From assembly GCF_964204645.1 (NCBI RefSeq), contig NC_134028.1, forward strand, positions 372,001-436,000: a stretch of DNA of 64,000 nucleotides. The letters run 5' to 3'. This document shows positions 56,317-64,000 of this stretch, one piece after another. This stretch comes from Tubulanus polymorphus (taxonomy: Eukaryota > Animalia > Nemertea). Positions within the stretch are counted from its first letter, which is position 1; every line of letters starts with the position of its first letter. Under the pieces are notes generated by a model that was not told the origin of the DNA, did not search any database, and was given only the letters and a program-made list of their open reading frames with translations. The translations under genes and the position numbers were made by a program.

Positions 56317-56929
56317 TGAGTCTCTCTCAAAATATTCCTGAGTTTAATTTCTAATAATCTATTTATGTAAATTCAACTCGTATAAACTATCAAACCGACA
56401 TAAAAACACAGTTCATCATCGTAACGCAGTTTGTTGTTTTACTGTTACGTAATTTGTATCAACTAGACACCCAGATAAATGAGGATGTCTGAGGTTTTTT
56501 TTAAGAGAAATATCGCGCAGAATCTATGCATAAAGCACTATATTGATTGTTGGGTCAAATTAGTCCAGTCGTTAGTAAATTTAAGTTGCATTTTGTAACG
56601 AACAAATTTCAAACTTTACCTTACTTTCTAAATATTGTTCAAGAAAAACATATCCCTAAAGTATAGAATAATAAATCCATCGTTGATACAAAAAAAACTT
56701 ACTTACACAACTGCAACTTTTTCTCAGATTCCGACGTGGATCCAGTGATTATTTAAGTTCATCCAATCCCACGTTTTGAAGTAAATTTAATTCCGTGTCC
56801 AGTCTAAGAATTTTCATGAAATCCATTCGCAAAATAGCAATATTTTTATCACATTTCGATTGAAAATATTCCATTTATTCACTAAAAACCTCCCATAAAA
56901 CATTTTCTCCGTATTGTATTCCTTTGCGA

Positions 56930-57060
56930 GTGAAATCCAATCAGAATAGCGAAAGATGGCGCACGATTCGACTGATATTTCGATTTATTGCTGAAATCGA
57001 ATTTCCCGGCGCCTGCGACAAGTCCAGACACGCTTTAGTACGCGGCCGCTGATTGGCTAA
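56930..57060. promoter_or_regulatory. Putative CpG-enriched Pol II promoter
   Basis: CCAATCAG at 56937 and CTGATTGG at 57049 (NF-Y boxes in opposite orientation), AAGATGGCG at 56953 (YY1-like), TTTCCCGGCGCC at 57002 (E2F-like), and local CpG enrichment. Confidence 0.35.
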
Positions 57061-57543
57061 TCGATCTCAATTGGGGGATATCGTCTATTGCTAGTGCGAG
57101 GGATATTTCAATTGTGGCGTGTTCTATTGTGTTGCAACAATAGGGGGATGAGCTATTGCGACAGCGGGATGGGCTGGGCGTATTTGATACGTTTTCTCTT
57201 GAAATATCGAGTCGTAGGTTGTTTCAGCCTTGATACTTAACTGATTGAGGTTTTAGGGGTGTTTATACTGGTTAATGGTAGTTTTTTTAATGATATTCTG
57301 GAAGTCGGGACTTGAAGACGCCGACTACCCTCTCACTGGGCGAGTCTATGTTTGTGATCTCATTATAGAGACGGCGTCGTACACGAGACGATGTGACATA
57401 AAAACTGACTGAAGAAATCATATGGAGGGCATATAATTGTCTCGATAAACTATCGGGCGACGAACGTCCAGCGAACAGGTTCGTAGAGACTCCTTCGATA
57501 CGATTAGGCGATTGATACTGGTCTCATGAGATACTGTTTACAG

Positions 57544-57724
57544 ATTTGACCCCGCGGTGGATACCCTGGATTTTAGAGTGCTTTCTCTGACAGACAGGTT
57601 TCTGTGTTTATTTCAGGGTGATGCTCTACTAAATAACTGCAGTCATCAGGGAGTTCCAGCCCGAATAACTGTTTGGCAATGAGGTGAACAAGTGATCCCT
57701 CAATTCAGGTACTGGTAGATATAT
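57544..57724 (+). repeat. Interspersed repeat, copy 1 (inverted copy at 59889-60057)
   Basis: atttgacccc...gataccctggattttagagtg...tatttcagggtgatgctc...gatccctcaattcaggta aligns to the reverse complement of 59889-60057 at roughly 85-90% by eye. Confidence 0.9.
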
Positions 57725-58032
57725 TGTTTGGTACTGTTTACTATGTCACTTTGATAAATCTGGATTTGGTGTGGGGCACAAAGTTACTGGTCAAATAACA
57801 TGTAGTCAAAACACGTCAACTTGAACCAGGTAGCAACAGGATTTTAGGAGGTTTTAGTAATATATGTAGTAATATTTGAGATGTGGGACCATTCATGGTT
57901 GTCCGTCTCAAACCTCTCACCCTACCCCTCGGTGTGGCCTGATAATGACTCTTAAAATAAAAATACAGATATCTTTTCTTGATCTATTTATAGTCTGATT
58001 CTGAAGAAGAGGAGAACACAAATAACAGTTTT

Positions 58033-58054
58033 CATCATCATCATCATCATCATC
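58033..58054. repeat. (CAT)7 microsatellite
   Basis: Direct reading. Confidence 0.9.
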
Positions 58055-58115
58055 TGTGCGATCTGAAGTATCTACAGGTCACCCAGACTCAACACCCTTT
58101 CATATCATTCGAGGT

Positions 58116-58411
58116 CAAGTTCTATATTTTTGTGACAAATTTCTATGAAATATTTTGCTCAAATAAATTCATTTTGTTATCATATCGATGAAAAATAAAA
58201 TAAGTGTAGTTATTCATTTCAGTATGAAATTTGGCTCTGTTTTGAGGAATTACTATTTTCCCCGAACTCAGATCCAGAATTTCACCTTGCTATCACCATG
58301 ACAACGCATATAGATTCTAAAATTTGGTTTCAAGTTTCTTTAATTTGGTTGAGTAGATTCTGAATGATGCAAAGTTTACCAGAGACACTGGTTTTATCAA
58401 AATCATCTCTG
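58116..58411 (+). repeat. About 300-bp interspersed repeat, copy 1 (direct copy at 61105-61431)
   Basis: caagttctatattt...tattcatttcagtatgaaatttgg...ccatgacaacgca...gatgcaaagtttac...ggttttatcaaaatc is shared with copy 2. Copy 1 lacks an internal segment of about 40 bp. Confidence 0.9.
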
Positions 58412-59459
58412 TACTCATAGGATAGTTAAGTGCCAATCCTGAAAGGGTTTTGACAGTCACCCAGATATTGTGATCGACTACATTCAGATCAAAACAAACA
58501 GTTCAGACTCAACTTGGGAAAGATTTTAAGTGTTTATCTAAAATAAATTTTACGTTTATTTTGACACTCAAGACATAAATTTCTAAATTTCCAATAGATG
58601 GCGTCTGTGATATACTGTTCAATCCAATAATTTGGTAGTTCAGCAAAATTCCAATAGGTGGCGATCATGTAGTAACTATTCATCAGTATATATCAGACAC
58701 CCTGGTCCAAATCCTCTAATCAACATTAAACATCACAGTCATTTACATTCAATAATTCATTCATTTGACGCGCAGTCAATTTCAGGTGTAGACGTGTCGC
58801 AGGTTTCAGTTATTGAGATCCTCGACTGAAAATAAATCAAACAACATTCATTATAACATCATTAGAGCAATTTCACAAAAATCATATGAATTATTCGATA
58901 CAAATAAGAGTAACTAAACGAACCTGATCTAAATATCATCTTCTTTTGAATAGAATAAATAAAACTCTAGCGTTACGCCTACGTCTGAAATAATACAAAA
59001 CACTGAAAATCATTATTTCTTCATCAGATAAAAAATGAAAACAGATTCAACAAGATTCAAAATGCTTTTAGTGCCAAGAATTTTCAGTGTTACAATCTTT
59101 TTTCATACAAGACTTAACGGTTAATTGGTTCAGACTTAGAGCAGGGAACACTATATGAATTTATTCCCACACCGTCAGAAATTACAGATTTCACAATGAA
59201 ATTTGCAGCGTGTTCGTTGCTCAGCAGCAGGTGAATCGTACCATTCAAACATGTTTGATATTTCCACAGTTAATTTCATCGCAGCGAAATTTTGCAAAGT
59301 CCCAAACACAGTAAATTGAGCCGCAATCTTTGACAAGCTTTCAAATCATGATGGCATCAATGATTTGAGAACTGCGCTGAAAACCTGCTTGGATTTTGGT
59401 TAACTCGGTTTTAAAAGACCACTGAAACTGGTTTCTAGAGGTCTGTGACAAGGGCCTAA

Positions 59460-59884
59460 AGCTAGGGACACACGAGCGTATTTTTTCTCCCGATCGCGAC
59501 GATTAAATTCACCGACGAAATTATACGCCCGATACGAGCGGGCACACAAAGCGATCAAACCAAAATTCGGTCAGCGACTGGCACTAAGAGGGAGAGAGTT
59601 AACGAATCACATGATATCAACAATGCATCCTATTGGTTGATAAAAATGGATTGATCGGTGAAATTCGCTGAGTGCGGGCAGACGAGCGAATTTGCGAGCG
59701 ATCTGATCGCCGGCGTAAATAATCGGCCGAAAATATCAAACATGTTTGATACAGGCGATTCACCGGGCGATCGAGTCGGCCGACGAAATCGTCGTCGCCA
59801 TGAGTGGCCACACTAGCGAATTTTTCGGGCGATTAATAAATTCGCCGCGATCGGGCGAAAAAATATGCTCGTGTGCCCCTACCT
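59460..59884. mobile_element. MITE, PIF/Harbinger-like (425 bp)
   Basis: 43-bp TIRs with 38/43 identity (agctagggacacacgagcgtattttttctcccgatcgcgacga vs reverse complement of the right end), flanked by TAA on both sides (59457-59459, 59885-59887). A 3-bp TWA TSD is typical of PIF/Harbinger. CpG-rich interior, no transposase. Confidence 0.85.
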
Positions 59885-59888
59885 TAAG

Positions 59889-60057
59889 ATATATCTACCT
59901 GAATTGAGGGATCACTTGTTCACTTCATCGCCAAACAGTTATTCCGGCTTGAACTTCCTGCATGACTGCAGTTATTTAGTTGAGCATCACCCTGAAATAA
60001 ACATAGAAACCTGTCAGAGAAATCACTCTAAAATCCAGGGTATCTACGGGGTCAAAT
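59889..60057 (-). repeat. Interspersed repeat, copy 2 (inverted relative to 57544-57724)
   Basis: Reverse complement aligns to 57544-57724. It begins 1 bp after the Harbinger-like MITE TSD. Confidence 0.9.
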
Positions 60058-60082
60058 GCTACATCTGTATTGATAGTAATCA

Positions 60083-60190
60083 CAGGGACTTGACACAAAA
60101 CGATTTCAACCCCAGTCCCCAGTATCCTAGGTACTATGTATAAAAAGACTGAGGATACTGGGGTCAAAATGCTTTTGTGTCAAGTCCCTG
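60083..60190. mobile_element. 108-bp hairpin mini-element with CAGGG termini
   Basis: cagggacttgacacaaaa...ttttgtgtcaagtccctg is an 18-bp perfect TIR, extending imperfectly to ccccagtatcct/aggatactgggg. CAGGG ends resemble hAT-type MITEs but there is no 8-bp TSD. Confidence 0.65.
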
Positions 60191-60351
60191 CTCAAATGCT
60201 CCATCTGCATTGATAATAATAGTTTATATTAGGCCTCGATCCACACTTGATATTAATCATACATTTTACTAATTGTATCTTGAATGTCGGCCGACAGTTT
60301 TACACGCATCAGCTCGACATGGTGGTTAAACCCGAGTGTTTTATGTCCAAC

Positions 60352-60600
60352 ACACAGGAGCTTATCACAATTTGATTGAGGATGGACCACACCAGTATCC
60401 TTATAGGGGCTAACTGCAGTTTGGGTCACCTATCCACTGGGTGGCGCTAGTGTTATTAAAGAATAGTGTTATGGTAAGGTTAGGTACATACCATTAGGGA
60501 CACCTAAACTGCAGTCATACCTAGATAGGGATACTGGCAACTGGTGTCATCCATCCGTCCATCAAATTGTGACGGAATTCATTGTGACAAGCCCCTGTGT
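60352..60600. mobile_element. About 250-bp palindromic MITE-like element
   Basis: acacaggagcttatcacaat / attgtgacaagcccctgtgt (18/20), with inner arms tcacaatttgat, ccagtatcc and actgcagttt mirrored. Near-TSD tccaacac (60346) / tccgacac (60601), 7/8, overlapping the left TIR by 2 bp. Confidence 0.7.
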
Positions 60601-61104
60601 TCCGACACCTTCCATCTCGAATCACCTTCAACCGTACAAAAAAGTATTCGATTCATAAGTAAATTTACTTACTGTATCTCAATGTTGAAATGGTTTGAAG
60701 ACATTCTGTCGCTTCTGCGTTGAAAGAGAAGCTTCTAAATATTTCAAGCGAAAAATGCGATTGATTCGTCCGCCATCATTCTTAAATGGGACATACTCCA
60801 CTTGGGAGGGCTAGTTCGCGCAGATCGAGGTGACTAGGACTTTAGCGCTCCGGGCACCAAGTAAAGAGCTCACGATAGTGCCCGCGGTAGACTTTAAATG
60901 CCGCTCCGAATTGATAGTTGCAGGAAATAATACCACGAAATTAGGAATTTGTAGCGATTTCCGTGCAATAGTTCACAGAAAAATTATGTGAAAAATATTC
61001 CCAATAAAATACCGGTATTTCAAACAAAGAAACTTAAAAACTTAAATCGGTGACTCACAATAGGTATTTCACCTAGTTTATCGGCGGGGCGCGGCCGACA
61101 TCGA

Positions 61105-61431
61105 CAAGTTCTATATTTCTGTGATAAATTTCTATAACGTATTTTGCTCAAATAAACTCATTTCATCATATCGATGAAAATAAGTGTAGTTATTCATTTC
61201 AGTATGAAATTTGGCCCTGTTTTGAGAAATTACTATTTTTCTAGACATCGGATCCAGAATATCACCTTGCCATCACCATGACAACGCACCAGTCAAAACA
61301 AACAATAATCATTCAGAAATGAAGCCCTGTAGATTCTAAAATTAGGTTTCAATTTTATTTATTTTGGTTGAGTAGATTCATGAATGATGCAAAGTTTACT
61401 AGAGACATTGGTTTTATCAAAATCCTCTCTG
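61105..61431 (+). repeat. About 330-bp interspersed repeat, copy 2
   Basis: Aligns to 58116-58411 with scattered substitutions and indels. Confidence 0.9.
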
Positions 61432-61509
61432 GAATAAATATAGATAAATTTTGCTGTAAGTCGTGTGTGCGTTATTCAATCATTTTTCGAGAAACAACCT
61501 AGAATAGTG

Positions 61510-62020
61510 CTGGGTTCGAACACGGGACACCCCTGTACATCCTCTATTCAGCATCAGGACCACTTGGACCACCAGTGACCACTTGGACCACTCTGAATCA
61601 GTTATCAGTAATTATTTTTAAGATATCAACATTTTACCGTACGGTGCTGCCTCTATGCCCATCGGTAGCGGGATTTTCATACACTAACGTTAGTCAACTC
61701 TGGCAAGCAAGGGTTACGGAGTATAACTGGACAGCACGACGATTGCCAGAGTTGACTTCAGTTAGTGTATGGAAATCCCGCTAACGATGAGCATAGCGGC
61801 AGCACTGTACAATCGGGACATCCTCTATCCAGCATAAGGGCAACTTGGACCACTACTGGGTCGAACCCGTGACACCCCTGTATTCAGTATCAAGACCACT
61901 CTGAACCAGTATCAGTAATTACTAGGTTCGAACTCGGGATACTCCTGTACATCCTCTATTCAGTATCAATACCACTCTGAACCAGTATCAGTAATTACTT
62001 GGTTCGAACACGGGACATTC
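61510..62020. repeat. Degenerate 76-bp minisatellite carrying a B-box-like GGTTCGAAC, interrupted by a MITE
   Basis: Units ggttcgaac(a/t)cggga...catcctctattcag(c/t)atca..accactctgaa(c/t)cagtatcagtaatta start near 61513, 61858, 61925 and 62001 (last period 76 bp). Confidence 0.8.
61642..61807. mobile_element. MITE, Tc1/mariner-like (166 bp)
   Basis: 65-bp TIRs with 57/65 identity (c(g/a)gtgctgcc...gtcaactctggcaa), TA on both sides (61640-61641, 61808-61809). TA|CAGTG is the typical Tc1/mariner terminus. Confidence 0.85.
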
Positions 62021-62753
62021 CGTACCCATAATGACGCGATTAGACACGTGATCGATGGTCGTCCTCATTCAGAAGATGAATTTAATTGTGAAACATGGTC
62101 ATATCCAGGAATAGTTAAACCCGGCGATCAATGTCTCGACTAAAACCGCGTGTCTATATCGATATTTGTACTGTTAATCGTCGTATTAGGTGCCTACGGA
62201 TTCATCTTCTTTACGATAACCTACAACGATACGATTTCAAACTGTGTTCTACCCGTACTCGAAGTAGGCCTAACTACCAATTTCACGTTGTTTGGAGCCA
62301 TTTTAGGACAGTGTAACTTCAACCTAGAGCGATTTCACCCACCCCGAGTGCTACTTGATAAAAGTTCCTGTGTATCAAGTTTAATCGTAATCGGTCCATT
62401 GGGTCAAGAGATATAGACATTTATCCAAAGCGACACCTATATGGAAAAGAGTGGAAATTGTTGCATACCAACCGTAAAATAGATATTGTGGTTTTTATAT
62501 ATATTGAATAATGTCACCAACTCTCTAATTCATTCAGAAATAAAATACTGTTTTGAGCGAAGTATCTTTTAAATAAAGTGGCTTCTAAGGATAAAGCGAA
62601 TATTTGTGTTCAAAATATATAAGTTAGTATAGAATCTATTCACCAAAAAATAACCTGAGTCAAACAGATGATCATCGTACTACAAATACCTCGCTGGGCC
62701 AAAAGTTACCCTAACCTGTGGCACTAACCCTAACCGTAGATCGAACGTAATCC

Positions 62754-62826
62754 TAACCCTAGCAGGACTCGAACCTGCGAACTCCAGCATGCCGGCCGAG
62801 CATGCTAACCACTAGAACGCTGAGTT
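62754..62826 (-). pseudogene. tRNA-derived sequence (pseudo-tRNA or SINE head)
   Basis: Minus strand reads AACTCAGCGTTCTAGTGGTTAGCATGCTCGGCCGGCATGCTGGAGTTCGCAGGTTCGAGTCCTGCTAGGGTTA (73 nt). It has an A-box-like TAGTGGTTAG and a perfect T-arm GCAGG-TTCGAGT-CCTGC, but the acceptor, D and anticodon stems are imperfect. Confidence 0.7.
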
Positions 62827-63080
62827 CTGGTGGCTGACTAAGTTTGTGAATACGTGTGGTCAGTGTGGTACAAGGCCAACACTAGGGTTAATGCGTTTAT
62901 CAAACAGGCCAACACTCGCGTCAGTGTTTGTTTCTTTGTAATTGCCTTTTTAGTGCCCTGGGGCCATTTCCATGGGTGATGGCTTAGGAGGTGAATCTAA
63001 GCTTTTCTCATATCGGTATTTGTACATAATTCAATCGTGAACGTCTTTCTGTATTCCAAGACTGATTCTATTGGCTGATA

Positions 63081-63258
63081 CAGTCAAACTAAATCGTTTA
63101 ATCCGCATCGGCTTAATCCGAATTTTGGTCTAATCCGGATAATATTTACAGTCAATTTATTCATTCATATACACGAAAATGACTTTTAATCCGGATTTGC
63201 CGTAAAACGGATGAATTTTGTTGGTTCCAATGATCGGAATTAGGGAGATTCTATCATA
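63081..63258. mobile_element. Degenerate Tc1/mariner/pogo-like MITE
   Basis: Starts TA|CAGTCAAAC, has four TAATCCG subterminal motifs and inverted cggat/cggaatta motifs near a decayed right end. The right TIR is not clean. Confidence 0.45.
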
Positions 63259-63649
63259 CTATTTACTCTCCTTATATAAAGCTCTCATGTTGGTAGAGTT
63301 ATTAATTTCTAACAAACTAGTGTTGAGTGATGAATGAAATTTGACTTAAGAAAAATCTGTATTCCTCACATGCCGCAGTAAAATAGCAAGACTGCATCAG
63401 ATAACAACCGTTCAGTGCTGCCCCTATGAATAACGATAGCGGAATTTCTGTGAACTAAAGTAGTAATCCACGGGCCTTTGATCCAAGAGCGTGGTTTTCA
63501 TTAGAATAAATTCTTTGAATATTGCGTAGAATATAAAAATTCAATATAATCGAAAAGAAGCCGAGACCTGCAATAGACTGGTTGCCATTTCTACTTTCGA
63601 ATGCAGGTGGCGGTGACCAGTCTAGCGGCGGGAATCCCAATCTGAGGTA

Positions 63650-63779
63650 CACTATGACGCAATATCAAAATGGCGTGCTTTACCGAATTACCATAACACG
63701 AAATTAAGCAAAAACCTCACCTAAACATTGCCACCCTCCTTCCCGACCCCTGAAATCAGTATTTCAATATTTGGTAAGT
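63650..63779 (+). promoter_or_regulatory. Possible promoter plus non-coding first exon
   Basis: ATGACGCAAT (ATF/CEBP-like) near 63654, CAAAATGGCG (YY1-like) at 63666 and consensus donor TTG|GTAAGT at 63774. Motif evidence only. Confidence 0.25.
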
Positions 63780-64000
63780 GTTTGTAACATTGGTTTAAAT
63801 GGCGAAAAATATTCCATCTCAGATATTGTGGGAAATCAAATTATTTCAGAGGTACATCCTATAAACGGTGCACTTGGACTGGTGGCGCTCAGTCGAGCAT
63901 ATCGACGTCATTCCATCCTGATATATCTAGACCACGATGGGCTTCACCTCGCTGTTTTGTGATGAATTTGTTCTAAAATGATTCCATCGACTGATTACAT

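Noticed and set aside
58591-58665. Two CCAATAG(A/G)TGGCG CTCF-like motifs
   Set aside because: Partial motif matches only, which cannot be supported without ChIP data.
58116-61431. LTR retrotransposon bounded by the two ~300-bp direct repeats
   Set aside because: No TG...CA termini, PBS, PPT, TSD or gag/pol remnants.
62100-62420. Possible decayed coding fragment (hydrophobic 88-aa ORF and partly open minus frames)
   Set aside because: No motif I can identify with confidence and the minus frames are interrupted by stops. It would need a tBLASTx or HMM hit.
62754-62826. Functional tRNA gene
   Set aside because: Anticodon and D stems are mispaired, position 8 is not T, and there is no oligo-T terminator directly downstream.
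63751-63760. tgaaatcagt matching the satellite core motif
   Set aside because: Only 10 bp with no flanking similarity, as expected by chance in AT-rich DNA.
54411-63962. Short ORFs (61-92 aa) in the flank
   Set aside because: No recognisable domains. Several lie within MITEs or repeats (59617, 59865, 59976, 61575) or low-complexity sequence, and their lengths are as expected by chance.

Overview
Eukaryotic (probably animal), AT-rich DNA with no credible protein-coding gene. Bases 1-53443 are the end of one head-to-tail satellite array of about 520 monomers of 102 bp. There are three main monomer types (here P, Y, R; 75-84% identical) plus a minor type D. They are arranged as P-Y dimers (204 bp) and P-Y-R/D trimers (306 bp), which are nested in 10.6-13 kb super-repeats traceable by rare SNPs and indels. 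The long + strand ORFs are read-throughs of the stop-free 34-codon monomer, not genes. The array stops abruptly at 53443. The remaining 10.5 kb is non-coding flank holding several MITE-like inverted-repeat elements (PIF/Harbinger-like with TAA TSD, Tc1/mariner-like with TA TSD, CAGG(G/A)-ended hairpins), two locally duplicated interspersed repeats, a tRNA-derived segment, small tandem repeats and weak promoter/splice signals. All counts and offsets were done by hand and should be re-computed.
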